A stretch of 64,000 nt of DNA from Octopus vulgaris (GCA_951406725.2 OX597835.1:4030001-4094000), one strand, 5' to 3'. Positions 13,661 through 63,741 are shown, counted from the first letter of the stretch. Numbers and translations: made by a program. The notes: a model not told the origin generated them from the sequence alone.

Positions 13661-16600
13661 GGCTAGAGTAACTGTATGTATGCATGTATTGATGTATGGT
13701 TGGATATATGGATGGATAGATGTATGGATGGATGGATGGATGCATGCATGCATACATGTAGTTCACAGTTTTACAAGCCACTGATCACATAACTGTTTTT
13801 TTTAAAATTTATATTTATGCTGTTTTTACTCCCAACCAAAAACTAGGTATGAAATATGCCTGGCAAAGAACTGCAACAAATATTGGAAAAAAAGATTTTT
13901 GGCTGAAAAAAAAAAACAAATTCATTTCGAGAAAATTAATTTCGAGTGTAAATTAGTACAATATTTTTTTCCAGAAAAGTATGTAATTAAAAATATAAAA
14001 AATGTTACAGTAAAAATGAAAAGATAAAAAAAACATTTTAATAAATATAAAAAAAAAATGTAAGAATAGAATCTTTTTTTTGTTTTGTGTTTGTTTATTT
14101 TGTTTTGGGGTAGTTTTTTTTTTTTTTCTGAAGCTTAGCTGGAACTCACTTCTCAATAGTTTAAATCCAATAATTTTGAACAATTCAAACATTCCAGGAC
14201 AAACTGAAAAACTGTCAACAACTTTTTAAAAACAATTTGTCCAAAATTAAAAAAAAAAAAATTCATTTGGTTTTATTTATGTAATTGGTGTTGATAACCT
14301 GGGGGAAAGTCTAGGGGTGGCGGCTGTCAGTTATCAACAACAACAACAGCAATAATAACAATAACAATAACAGCCATCATGAGTTGAAAGTAAGGTTTTG
14401 TTGGCAGTTGGTGCCATGGTTTTGTTAACCGTTTCAAGTGTGAATATTGTTGTGACCAGAGAGTCAGGACACTTGCTTGACCGACTCATTCTTGGTCTGG
14501 TGGAGCATCCAGGATCTGACAGTTGGAAACATGTGGAAACTGTTGTCTCCCTCACAGATATAACAAAATAAATAAATAGTCTAGGTTCTTTATGACTATC
14601 TTAAAAAAAAAAATAATAATAAGAGGAACACCTCACCCCCAGCGGTAATGCATTCCTCTATACTCTGTATCATCAGATGTGGGGAAAGAGGGGGTAGGGT
14701 ATATGTTCAGAGTTTTAAGGGGAAGCAAGTTGTGAAAAAACAATTTTAGTATTGAGAGTATCTGATGTTGTGAAGGGAAAATAGCTGCATGTGGAAGGAA
14801 ACATTACACAGGGGACAGCTGAGAATGTTCAGAGGGAAATATCAAATAAAAATATTGATTTCTAACACTGGAGTCGTGGTGGTGGTGGTGGTGGTGGTGG
14901 GGAAATATACTCATGTAGGGAGAACAATGTTGATTACTTTGAGCCCCGATTATTGATATTTTATTTTATTGATCTCAAAAGAATGAAAAGCAAGGATGGC
15001 TTTGATGGGACTTGAACTCAGAATGGAAATGACACTAGTTAAATGTTACAAAGCATTTTGTATGATGCTCTCTAATGATTTTGTCAGCCAACTGCCCTCA
15101 GTATAGGTGAAAATATCAACCTGTGAACATTTGGATTTCTCCGTCAATCATAATGCTCATTTATTCACGTTATTTTGAGCAGATCGTTAAACGTGGTAAT
15201 CTGTTGTAGCTTTGAGATTTTGATATTGTGGTTGTTTATTTTTATAATGCTATTGTAGGGCAGGTGTGAGATGTCAGATCTGGCCAGTTTGAACATAGAA
15301 CAAATTGAAAATTTAAGCCAGATATGGCTGTTTTAAATGCTAAAAGGGTTTTAAAAAATATTAAAAGTAATTAAATGCTACACATGTTTATGATGATGAT
15401 GATGATGAAGAGGAGGAGGATGATGATGATGATGGGGTGGTGGTGATGGTAGTTTTGAATGGTCATTTCTAATAGTTAAAATAAAGGCTCTCATTAAAAT
15501 GAGTTATATCATGATTGTTGAAGACTTGGTCTTTGGATCTATTTTGTATCACATCACTCCTGGCAATTACATCTATTAACCTTCACCTTTTGGACAGTCA
15601 GGTCACAGATATTTTTCTGATAAAATCATGGAGGAAACATTTCAACAGTCTCAATAACAGACCATGTAAAACATTGCTTGATCTGCTAAAACTAGCAGCC
15701 ATGTCTCCCTCAAACCACACACACACACATGCTACCTAATTGTTTAAAAAAAAAACTAAACAAAAAGACACATTGATTGATATAGTCCTAGATACACTTT
15801 GTTTGAATATATAAAAAAAAAAAAGTTCAAGTGAACAAGATTGGATGATTACAGCCAGTAACATCTGTATAACAGATCAGGCATCTGTAACAACAACAAT
15901 AATTTATCAAGTGAGACATAACGAGAAATTAATAGATAAAACCTGTACTTTTAAAAGTCTAAATGTGAACACAGGTAGTAAAAACATGGTCTTGTTGGGT
16001 ATTTTTTAAATTCTTTCTCATTGTTCTCTCTCTGTCCCTCATTTACATTTTCTCTCTCTCTCTCTCCTTTGAATTTTGCTTAATTAAAAAAATACATCTA
16101 ACCATATTTATTGATCCATCCTAGATTAATAATCAATGAAAACATCCTATCATATTCAATTGTTTCAATTTGAAGGCACACTCAGTAAAATGTCTCAACA
16201 AGATAACCTTAAAAAGGTATTTGAAAAATAATTCGGTTGAATCAGGGTTGACTTTGATCTAAACCAGGTATGGGTAACCTTTTCCAAGAAGTGGGCCACA
16301 TGAGTCATGGCTCACCATTAGGTAAGCCATTCACTAACTTTTGTAGACCACATGTTGTCAATGATTGATTGAAACAACAACCTTAAAATGACCTGCTGAA
16401 GAATAAAGATATTTGAGTGATTAAATATAAGATTAAATGCCTCATCACTCATAAGTTCAAAATATAAAGTTTCTGTTGTTCTGTGCTTCTGGGTTAAATA
16501 TTGAATTCTGCCTTGTCTCGGGAGACTTGGCTCTAAGAAACAGGTATCAGATCAATGCTTAAGCTCAGAACAAAGTTCATCTTTTAGGAATTGATATCAA

Positions 16601-18769
16601 ATCAATTTGAGAATTATTCAATCTTAGACTAGAATTCTATCAAATTATGAACCAAATCAATCAATCTGGGAAATGTTCAATCTCAGACCAGAGTTTCACC
16701 AATTGTCTCCAGAATATTTTACTGTAAAATTGTTCAAGCTCTGATTAAAGATTGTGTCTAATGTTGGATGAATGACAACAGCAAACAGTCAATTCTTGAT
16801 GATCTTATTCCACATACATCTGTCACATCTGTTATGTCTATCACATATATATATATATCACATCTTATCATATATTACAAATATATATCACATGTATCCA
16901 CCATCAACTGAAGGCCATGATTGGCAATGAGGGACTTCTGTCCAATGGACATTGTTAGATAAAAGAAAGTTCTAGATTATCCTAATCATATGTATGATTA
17001 CCTGTAATATACCAGGGTCAATTGCTTTCTGTTTTACTTTACTCAAAAGCCTGATATTTCAAGGAAAGAGAGGAAAAAGAATTTTGTGACATCCATGTCT
17101 TTCAAAAGAACATCAGTAGAATATGAAAGAGAAGTAAAATAGCTGCAACTAAGAATTGAACCAACATCATGTCAGTCAACATGGTTTAACTTTACTAGAA
17201 AAGAAAAGATTAAATAACTGCGTTAACATCTAAAACTTCCTTCAGATCAATTTTTCTTTTAAAAAGGAAAATCCCAATTTTTGGAAAAAAAAAGGTCTAA
17301 CAGTAATTTTGAATGAAGGGGCTAATTGATTACATAAAAAAACAAGTAATCAACTGGTACTTGTATTATTAACCCCAAAGGGATAAAAGGAAACGTGAAC
17401 CCCAGCAGCATTCAAACTCAGAACATAAACCAGAAGAAATACTGTTGACTATTTTTGACCATCTTGTTAACAATTTTACCAGCTTGCCACCTTCTGTGAA
17501 TAATTTGAATTCCTTCACACTAAATGGTGGTGCCAAACTGGACATTCTTGTACCACACCCCATATCAAATTAGAGTTTAATATCAGAGTGTGAAGTGAAG
17601 GCTTTAATCCAGGAGCCATTGTCTAGTAATGAGACCACAGAATAAAGCCATCAACAGGTGGCTACTACTGAAGACTTGGGACCGAAATGGTTCCTCACAA
17701 CCACTAAATGGGAACCAAAATTTAATGTAGCAAATCTTGCCTGGCAAGATAATCAATATGCAAAGTTTTGAAGCAATGAAATTAGACAAATCGCATTAAT
17801 TAATCCATTGAATGGTGACACATGATTAGAGCTGCCATCGTCGACATCTTGCAGAAAATATTAAATTGCAACAGGGATTAAATGAACATTAAAATATATA
17901 TATCTTAGAAAACCCTATAAAAAAAAAACAACAGAAGCAAATTCATTGCATTTCCATATAAATAAATAGAATAACAATAGCAACAACAATAACAATTTTT
18001 GTTTTAGCAGCAGCAGCAGCAGTTCTATAAAGGTTGATGAAAGAAAGGAAAAGAAAAACAAACAAACAAAAAAACAACCATGCAATGACAGCAAGAATAT
18101 ATTTTTTTTTTTTGGAAAAAAATAAAACTGTTCTTTGATTTTCACAGATTGAATATAAAACATTTTAAAACGTCAACAAATGAACATTTTTATAAATATT
18201 TACATTTTTAGTGATGATGGGGTGGGGGTGGGGGTGGAGCAGGGGGGGGAGGATTGGAAATTCATCTTTGGTGTGTGAAGTTGTAGAATTGTGCATGTGT
18301 GTATATAAATATTTACATAAGCACATATGAATAAGTATATTATCTGAAGTCTACAGTATTGTATATCCAATATACATATACATATATATATATATATATA
18401 TATATTTCTTTACTACCCACAAGGGGCTAAACACAGAGGAGACAAACAAGGACAAACAAATGGATTAAGTCGATTACATCGACCCCAGTGCGTAACTGGT
18501 ACTTAATTTATCGATCCCGGAAGGATGAAAGGCAAAGTCGACCTCGGTGGAATTTGAACTCGGAACGTAACGGCAGACAAAATACGGCATAAATATGGTA
18601 AGATAACTAAAAGAATGAAAGAGACCTCGATATAAATAGAGGAATTTATCTGTAAATGTAATATATGACAATTATTCGGTAGCCATAATAAAATACTGAG
18701 GTGGATTTCCACCTTGGCATCCGAAACTCAGAGTTTTATCATGGCTACCGAATAATTGTCACATATTGC

Positions 18770-18825
<56 letters not shown>

Positions 18826-19548
18826 ATATATGCATATATGTATGTAAATAAGTACGTATGTGTGTATTTATGTATGTGTATCAAAAGAGGAATTTTGAAA
18901 AAATTTTTGGTATTATCAATTGTTTTTCCAATCTCCTATTTCCATGTGTAATTACTCTGCAAAGGTATTTCCCAGTATTTTCAACTCTTATGCATACTCC
19001 ACATAAATATATCACCTACATAACGGATTTGGAATACTGGAATAAGTAGATGTGCTTCGAGAGAACATAGGTTGGATTGTAACCCTATCTACATATTACA
19101 CACACACACACACATTTATTCTTTATGAATATTTAGCAGAAGTAACAGAGTGACACAGACTCTGAGAGTTTTGTGCATTGGCACCTTATCTTGGATCTTG
19201 AATCACTCTGTTACTTCCGCTAAATAAATATTAATAAAAATACATATATATACTCATATTTTGAGTTCTAGTTTTCTTGCTTGCACCAAACATATTCTTT
19301 TATTCTTTGGTTCTTTTATTCTTTTACTTGTTCCAGTTCATTTGACTGCAGCCATGTTGGAGCCCCACTTTTTTGTTGAAGAAATCAACCCCAAGACTTA
19401 GTCTTTGTAAGCTTGGTACTTATTCTACTGGTCTCTTTGCCAAACTGCTAAGTTACGGGGACATAAACACACCAACATTGGTTGTCAAACGATGGTGGCA
19501 AGAAAAAAACACAGAGACACACATAAATACACACACACACACATATAT

Positions 19549-19608
<60 letters not shown>

Positions 19609-19767
19609 ATAGGCTTCTTTTCAGTTTCTGTTAACCAAATCCATTCACAACACTTTGGTTGGTCTGAGGCTATAGTAGAAAAGATTTGCTCAAAGTGCCT
19701 TCCAGCGGGACTGAACCCAGAACCACATGGTTGGGAAGCAAGCCTCTTACTACACAACCATGCTGTG

Positions 19768-19817
<50 letters not shown>

Positions 19818-20009
19818 TATACTTTATTTAAATGTAGCTTCTGTTATATTTCTGCTGCTTTTAAATAAAGCATATTACTCTGCCTCTGGTATTTGAGTAC
19901 TCTTTTTTCCACCTTGTTTCACATTTATGTGCTTACTCCGGTATTTATATATACATATATATATGTTATAATATATATAATTATATATATGTGTGCGTCT
20001 GTGTGTGTC

Positions 20010-20090
<81 letters not shown>

Positions 20091-20156
20091 TATAATATTT
20101 ATAATTATATATGTGTGAGTGTCTCTATGTGTTGTGTGTATATATATATATATATA

Positions 20157-20483
<327 letters not shown>

Positions 20484-20943
20484 GTATATATAAATATACA
20501 TATGAATGTATATATAAATATACACACACACACATACACAACAGAGAGAGGGCAATCAACTTGAAACTGATCCAAGAGACTCGTTGAGAACAATGAAAAC
20601 TTTTCAATTAACTCTTAATGAGTTTTTGTCTCTGACAAAAAAAAACCCCCAAAAAACTGAGACCCTTGCATGAGAAACTGAATAATAATGAAATGAAAGA
20701 ACCTGTTTTTTTTTAAGGTGGGTGGGAAGTTGGGGTGGTGGGGCTATCAAATAAAAAATAAAACAAATGGATAAGAACAAAAACACAGGGAAAAAAAAGA
20801 GAACATGGAATGAGTGGTGAGAGGAGAAAATTTGTGAATGGCATGGTTGGAGGACAGGTTGGTTTGTTTTTTTTAACATTTTATTTATTTATTTTTTTTT
20901 GTTTTATTTTACTTTTATCGAAATAAAAAACAATTTTTTAGAA

Positions 20944-55278
<34,335 letters not shown>

Positions 55279-55764
55279 TTTCAGTGTCTGCCAGGAAACG
55301 AAGAACATATGGTCCGTTAGTGACACCATAGACGCAGCATTACCAAATAATACCTGCACTTAATCACTCTGTCTGCACTGAATTACTTGTTGCACCTGCC
55401 AGGTGTATTTATTTAATTACTCTCTATTCTGGCTGCTATGGTGATACCACATGTAGTTTCCTAAATACAATTAACAGGTGCAAACACTCAGTTTCTGTAT
55501 TTACCTGAATTGTGCACCCTAATGTGCATTTGATTGCATTTCTATCCCAGCCAGTTGTACTGCATGCCCTGGGTGTAGTGGTGATGTTTACGCATCCAAT
55601 CAACAGATGTTCATTGTATGCACCCAAAGATGTTTTCTTTATGCCATCATGTGCATCCGGTTGCATCATCTGTCCGCAACGGTTTGAGGACAAAGTGTGG
55701 TGGCAGGGGACAGGGGAGAAGGAATGTCGGTGCGATTAGAAATGTTGACAGTGGTTGTTGTTAT

Positions 55765-56137
55765 GGTGATGATGATGATAATGACGACGATGATGATGAC
55801 GATGATGACGACGATGATGGTGATGATGACGATGATGATGACGATGATGATGATAATGATGATGACGATGATGGTAATGATCATGATGACGATGATGATG
55901 ACAATGACAATGGTAATGATCATGATGATGATGACGATGATGATGATAATGATGATGACGACGACGATGATGACGATGATGATGGTAATGATGATGACGA
56001 CGATGATGATGACGATGATGATGATAATGATGATGACGATGATGATGACGATGATGATGATAATGATGATGACGATGATGGTGATGATGATGATGATGAT
56101 GATGACAATGACGAAGGTGTTGATGATGATGATGATG
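55765..56137. repeat. (GAT/GAC)n trinucleotide tract
   Basis: Direct reading. Confidence 0.95.
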
Positions 56138-56689
56138 GCAAATTGTGTTGTTGTTTAGCCACAGGTAAACCATGAACAAGTAAGCTTATGATCAAACACT
56201 GTCAAGTTCTGACTATCCTGTTGGTTGTTTTCCCCCCCTTTTTAGGGTTCACTCAGCTGATTGACAACAAAATCACTCACAAATACACTCCAGCTGCGGC
56301 CCCTTAAGAAACATGTTTGCTCCCTCTGTCGTTTCTACCTCAACTATAATGGCCCCTGTTCCTCGAAACTAGCTGGACCCATGCCTGATCCGCTCACCAC
56401 TCCTTCTCTTATCATACCTGCTTTGTTCAATTCCGCCTGGCCCATCACTGATCACTACACCCGGTCCTTTCCAGAATGTCATTCCCCTAGTGTTCCTGCA
56501 AATAGTGACATGTAAAGGGTCAAGAGAAACATGAACAGCCACAGTCCACTTGGACCTGTGATGGTGATAGGTGCCATCCTTTCCTTTTGACTCAACGAGA
56601 GAGAAAAAAAAAGATGATTGAACAGCTGTATGATGGAAAGCATGTGTGTGTGTGTGTGTGTGTGTACATGTATCTGTGCTTGTGCACGC

Positions 56690-56734
<45 letters not shown>

Positions 56735-57016
56735 AAAAGAGGTTTGTATGATTGTGTATAGAGGGATATATATATCATTCAAATTCCAACTCTGTCTGCT
56801 TTTTAGGTTTTATTTATATTCTTTATAATATTAATGTAGAATATAGAATATATAGTATACATAATATATATATATAGTAAAATGAAATGAAGTATTTATT
56901 GTCTTATTGAATAGATGAAATATTGAATATAAAATATTAAGGGTCTAGTATACTTTCTTGCATTAAAGCAGTCTTGAAGGTCCCAGGTTGTGACAGGAGT
57001 GCTTCAACTGTCTTTG

Positions 57017-57057
<41 letters not shown>

Positions 57058-57486
57058 CACCATACAACCTGTGAGAACTGAATAGGTGATCTCAATTAGA
57101 ATAAACACCACACAAGTCATCTTTTGACCAGAACACACCAATACTGACCGTTGCAAAATATTCCATTTCCTTATTCTTGATAGACTTCAATCTCACCCCC
57201 ACAATTCTCAATTACTATTAATCTTATTTCTTATTTTTTTACTTTATCTTTATACTTATTTATTTTTTCTTGATTTCATTTACTTTTTTCCCTCTTCTCC
57301 CTTTTAGCCTTCTTTCTACCTCCTCCTGCTCCTCCTGCTCCTCCTCCTCCTATAATTGTTAAAGAAGACAGCAAACATTAAGGCAAGGCAAACATCTCAA
57401 GTTGTATTTGAAGCTTGGGTATACACCTGGTAGTATGTCGAATTAATTATACACATGTTCATATGTATGTATGAATGTAGCTATAC

Positions 57487-57532
<46 letters not shown>

Positions 57533-57545
57533 GAATATCTACATT

Positions 57546-57587
<42 letters not shown>

Positions 57588-57653
57588 GCATACATATATA
57601 TACGAATATCTACATTCATACATATATATATATATACGAATATCTACATTCAT

Positions 57654-57686
<33 letters not shown>

Positions 57687-57987
57687 CAAAATGCAAAACA
57701 CATGCACACATGTGAATTACAGGGTCTGTCATGCCCGGAGTCCAACTTTGATAGAAATAAGCATTCTTGACTGCTATTTCTATTTTTTCGGTATGCGGTC
57801 AAGCAACCTGTTTTGCCTGTCCCTTTTTCTTATATACAATATATATACTGAACTTTACAGAAGTTCCTGCCGGTAATCGGCTATATTTACATACCGAATT
57901 CTACCAGTAAATAATTGGGGTTTTTTTAAAAGCCTTTATAGAAATTATTTACTCTTATCATTATATATATATACGTATATCTACATT

Positions 57988-58031
<44 letters not shown>

Positions 58032-58134
58032 GCTACATTCATACATATATATGAACAGGTGTATAATTAATTTGACATACTACCAGGTGTATACCCAAGT
58101 TTTAATTGAATACATATATATATATACATATATA

Positions 58135-58190
<56 letters not shown>

Positions 58191-60303
58191 TGAACATTTT
58201 ATTCTACATGACTTTAGTTCACCAAGAAGATTCTCCATGAAAATATCAAATATGGCCAATTACCTATGTCAATAGCCAGCTGGAGGAGGTGTCTTCCTGG
58301 GGCTACAAGCAACAGTAGCATCCACCCTTAGGGGGTTAACCACATTTAAGTGGCAAATATACTTCACATTGTCGTGCAGTTACTGTTTATACCTCGTTCA
58401 GAGATTTATTATTGCATGAAATAAATGTTTGCTTTATTTTTTTCTGCTATTTTAAAACTTGTATTAAAGCTCAAATTCCATTATATTCTCTGAGTTGTGT
58501 TACAGCTCAGCAAGCCTTCAGCAATACCAGTGAATGTCTTTTATTTACTGTTTTTTACCTGTCGAAGCAAACGATAAACAGGTACATGCAGTTGATAAGT
58601 CTCAAGTAAGACTAAAAGTATCTGTTGTTCTTGTGAGTCAGTGCCGTGACGATTTTTGCCTTGCTCCAATTATCAATTGAGCGATCCTAATCTTGCAGGC
58701 TTGTGGGTGCATGTGCCACGGGAAAAGCACCCGTGCCACTAAGTCAGTGCCACTTGGAAGCATGCATGCTGGTGCTGCGTAAAAGCGCCCAAAATGTTCT
58801 GTAAAGTGGTTGGTGTTAGGAAAGGCATCTGGCTGTAGAAACCATGCCAAAACAGACAGGGAACCCTGGAAGATCTTCAGCTGTTAGTTCCTGTTAAACC
58901 ATCCAACCCATGCCAGCACAGAAAATGGATGTTAAATGATGATGCTGAATGAAGGGAATTTTGAAGGAAAAACAGAAATGAGAATGTGCATCGGTTTAAA
59001 AGAATCAGTAAAGATTAAGGTCACAGCCCCTAACAAAAGAAACGAATAACATCTGACACCAAAGAATGGTTACTGATGTTATCTTCATGGCACAGCTATG
59101 GGTTGGCTCTCTTTGTTTCATGATGAGAGCATAAGACCGGCATCGCTTTCTATTGACACTGATTCGGTAACAGCTTGTGTCATGGCTTTCTTAATGGTCT
59201 TCAAGTGTCTGTGTGGGACAAGGTGACACTGACTCCCTCTTCACTCTCCCACTCTTGACCCAGTAAAGATGTGACAGATGGACGGGAGGAGGGGAGGAGG
59301 AAGAGAAAGAGAAAGAGAAAGAGAGAGAGTAACAGTAGCACATAATGGTGGCTTGACACTGCATGCTGAGTTCAAATCCAGCAGATGTCCACTTTGCCCT
59401 TTATCCATTTCTGAAGTAATAAAGTATTCTTTAATGAAATCAGTCAAACAATAAATCCTTTAATCCATTAATGCCCATCAATGAAGAGTCTGTCTTTGTA
59501 TAGTGGATGAAGACCCATGATGGTCTTCAGGTCCCCTGAAACAGGTTGGAGAAAAGAAAGAATAGGAACAAGTTATTCTCAGACTTCAGACCTGAGTCCA
59601 CTAAAGTTAATCAAGAGCCAGGTGGTTGTTTTAAGCTAAGATAAGGATGAAGTCTACAACACAACCTAACAATAAGAATGGCTCCATCTCTCCGGCTTCC
59701 ATGCAGTTCTTGTTTATCCAATGGTTTGGTTTCACTTCAGTTGTTGTTTTTGTTGTTGTGTATGTCTCCATCAGTCTGTACCAGTACACTTGGCTGACAA
59801 ACAAGTCTCACACATTAACGAAGACACCCGGCTACTAAACTCCCGATCACCACCACAAAAAAAATTTTAATGAAATTAAAAAAATGTAAATACCCCAGGT
59901 TGTTGCTTAATCCTAGCCAATTCAGATCCAGAAAACTTATGATCAAAGACATTCCAACAGCGACCACTCCAACTTTTATTCAGTTACTGTATTTAGGACT
60001 GCATTATATAAAGTGTCCTTTCTTACTGTTGATGTATCTCCGTGAGTTAAACCTAGTGGAACAGACCTATGATCTGATCATAAGTATTCCAGTTATGACC
60101 ATCCCATATTTAGATCCCTTTAAAACACCTTATTTTAAAGGGATCTAAATTAAAAAAAAATTCCATTAACATTTGATCTTAATTTGCTCCAAACACCAGT
60201 TTAATGATGACAAAATTATTTTACTTAATTCTTGATTATTTTTTGGGAATTCATTGAAACAAAGGCACCAAGGGAAGTGTCAAGAACACAGGAAGATCTT
60301 TAA

Positions 60304-60522
60304 CCCTTTAGTATTTAAACCGGCCATATCCAGCCAAAATATTTAATCTGTTTTATGTTCAAACTGGCCAGATCCAGGCTCTCACACCTACCCTACAATG
60401 TTATTCTACATTAAGTAATTACACCATCAAGATCTTGAAGATATGAGATAATGCATGATTAATTCAAATCAATGGGAATCAATAGACATTATGTTTGATT
60501 GAATAATCTGAACACTAAAGGG
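60304..60522. mobile_element. piggyBac-type MITE, second family
   Basis: TTAA-CCCTTTAGT...ACTAAAGGG-TTAA. Confidence 0.8.
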
Positions 60523-60980
60523 TTAAATTCCTTCTTCACTTATTTGTTGAGGTGTCAAAACTGTCATTGTATTTTTTGCAACCTTGTCACATTCCTACAA
60601 TCAGATCAGATTTCCGCAACATCATCACACTCTCCGAAGTTTGTCTTTGACACAGATTCCACTTAAAGTGAGATCTCTGCATTCTTAAACGGAGAGAATT
60701 TAAAAGCAATGCAACATGTTGTAAAGAAGTCAGGTCGACCGAAAGTTTATTTCTAAACATACACTTGAATAATTCTTTTTCGTGTATTTTATATCTTTTC
60801 TATTTTTTTTTCCTTCTCTTCACTTTCTGACAAATATTTAATGAGAAATTAAGATGTGTGAAGCTTTTAATTGTTTAATTTTGTGATTTGCAAGTTTTTC
60901 AAGTAACAGAAAGCAAACACTACCTCTCTGGTGACGTGTGACATAGTTTATTTTAGTCACACAAATGTGTGCATACATCT

Positions 60981-61028
<48 letters not shown>

Positions 61029-61373
61029 ATGCAAGAGGAAAAGTATGTGCTTATGTGTTTTATATATACATCCACATGTGTATTTGTATATGTGTGTCTG
61101 CTTTTGTGGACCTGTGTCTGCAGCTGTGAGTACAATGTGGGTGTGTGTGTGGCTCGGGTCGGTGGGAAGAGGTTCAGTGAGAAATGGTGACCATCTGTGT
61201 CAACAAAATATGATGAAATAGCTTCCAGGTATTTCAAAGAAATCCAAATCAAAGAGAGAGTGGTGTGAACCAGCCAGGAAATGGTGGCAGATATTTCTGG
61301 TGTCAGACTGGAAGTATTTACTACAGACAGTAACTGTGTGAATAAAGATTTCTTTATTTAATAATAATGATAA

Positions 61374-61414
<41 letters not shown>

Positions 61415-62521
61415 ATAATAATAATAATAATGACCTGATGTAGTACCAGGCAGTGGCTCTCATGGCTTTTGATCTTAACTGATTGGAAGAGTTATCATGT
61501 ACATTGTTTTGTCTTGGTTATAAAAGATGGGCTACAGCTAATATTCTACTCAATACCACAGATTTGCTTGTCAGTTGTTTGACCGTAACCAATTGAGCAT
61601 GTCCCTTAGTGGCTGATGATATGTGCATCTCTGACCATGAGCAGAAGTAGTGGGGGAGCATCATAGCCATGTGTTGAGAGGAGTTCTTTGGGGTTTGAAT
61701 AATTCACCCCCGGAAACATGGGTGTTTCGTTCAACATCCTTAAACAACCCTTATTCAGAGACCTTTTGAGCGAGATGGGCTACTCGACCTGAAGAAAATT
61801 CTAGCTGGGCCCCATGTGTAAGGTTATGCACTGTTTATCTTAATATAAGATCACCATGTTGCGCACATATGATTGTGATGCATGTGCCTAGTGTACCTTT
61901 ATCAGACAGGTAGTCATGATGGGTATACTGGGCTTCGTATATTTTACCCTTGCGTTACTTTGATGGCATGCACTGCTCTCTCACTCAGTAATAATAATGA
62001 TGATAATAATGATAATAATAATAATAATGATAATAATAATAATAAATAATGATAATAAGGATGTAAACATCAGTATATATATATATATATACTACAAGTG
62101 TTATAACTAATAAATCCTGGGGTCGATTTGCTTGACTAAAGGTGGTGCTCCAGCATGGCCACAGTCAAATGACTGAAACAAGTAAAGGAAAGGAATATAT
62201 ATCCCGTGCTAGCACGGAAAACGGACGTTAAACGATGATGATGATGATGATGATATATATAAACACACACACAAATACACAATACATGCACACTCAAACA
62301 CACAGCTATACAGACATTTCAAAAGTAAATAGACACCCCTTAATTATACCAATTTTATCTGCGCTGACACTACTTGGGCACTTCAAATTTGTTAATATAT
62401 TATGCACAAGGCATGTCTACTGGCGCTCCGTCAGTTACAAGTGATTTAGTTGATCCAATCAGCAGAACAGCCTGCCTGTGAAATGAACATGCAATTGGCT
62501 GAGAACTCCATAGACAAGTGT

Positions 62522-62830
62522 TATTTATTTTTTTATTTATGCGCCCTTTTCAAGCCTAGCCAGACTCATGGGCCCAGTTTCCCGGTTTCTATGGCGTATG
62601 TGTTCCCCCCAGCTGGACGGGACACCAGTCCATCGCAGTGTTACTCAAGAAACAGGAAGAGAGAGTGAGAGAAAGTTGGGGGGTGAAAGAGTACAACAGG
62701 GGTTGCCACCACCCCCTGCTGGAGCCTCGTGGAGCTTTAGGTTTTTTGCTCAGTAAACACACTCAATCGAAACCGCGATCCTCCGACCGTGAGTTCACTG
62801 CCCTAACCTCTGGGCCATTGCGCCTCTACC
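62522..62830 (-). mobile_element. SINE family C copy with an 11-bp target-site duplication, nested in an older SINE (about 62410-63050; same family as 8015-8313)
   Basis: TSD tagacaagtgt at 62511-62521 and 62831-62841. Confidence 0.85.
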
Positions 62831-63291
62831 TAGACAAGTGTACCCTTAACATAATTCTCAAGGCGATTCAGTACATGACACAAAATGTCACAAGGCTGAC
62901 CCTTTTGAAACACATTTTTGCCAACTGAGTGGACTGGAACAACATGCAATAAAGTGTCTTGCTCAAGGACACAATGCTTCAATAAGTGTCAAGCTCACAA
63001 CCTTATGATTGGGAACCAAAAACACCAGAGGCACTTAGCCATGTGCCTTCATGGTTGGCCTACTAAATATTAGGTTAAATATTTTAATGCACTGAATAAA
63101 ATTATTTATTTTCTAGATATAAATCTTTACTTCTGAGATGTCTGTGTGTCTGTCAGTCTATCTGTCTGTCTGTCTGACTGTCTGTCTGTTTGTCTGTCTG
63201 ACTACCTGCCAGCTTACCTGCCTATGTATGTATGTATGTATGTATGTATGTATCTATCTATCTACCTATCTATCTAGCTATCTAGCTCTCT

Positions 63292-63341
<50 letters not shown>

Positions 63342-63365
63342 CTACCTATCTACCTATCTATCTAG

Positions 63366-63437
<72 letters not shown>

Positions 63438-63440
63438 ATA

Positions 63441-63652
63441 CTGGGTTGGCCAGAAGTCACCCAACAGTGAATCAAAATTCCATAAATACCATTTGTAATT
63501 CTCTATTGATTCAAATAGAAAAATGTGCCACTCAAGAAAGATTTCAGTTCGAACAATTTTCATGACGTTTCATATTTAGATGCTTTTATTAAATTCATTG
63601 TTAAACATAAATAAATATTGTAATTAAATGGTCGGGTGACTTTTGGCCAAAC

Positions 63653-63656
<4 letters not shown>
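63441..63656. mobile_element. Tc1/mariner-type MITE
   Basis: TIRs gggttggccagaagtcaccc / gggtgacttttggccaaacc in a TA context. Confidence 0.65.

Positions 63657-63741
<85 letters not shown>

Noticed and set aside
14334-14555. Non-repetitive 73-aa ORF that might be an exon of a second gene
   Set aside because: No recognisable domain, a weak acceptor and no partner exons; it could be UTR or lncRNA but cannot be supported.
16265-16360. hAT-like terminus CAGGTATGGGTAACCT
   Set aside because: No convincing second TIR or 8-bp TSD was found.
56369-56600. ORF segment with WKGPGVVI, resembling an LTR integrase tail or a 5'UTR exon
   Set aside because: The match is too short, with no other motifs or clear splice pair.
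60770-61330. Possible promoter or first non-coding exon of the SLC17 gene
   Set aside because: Several donor-like sites exist but none is distinguishable without transcript data.
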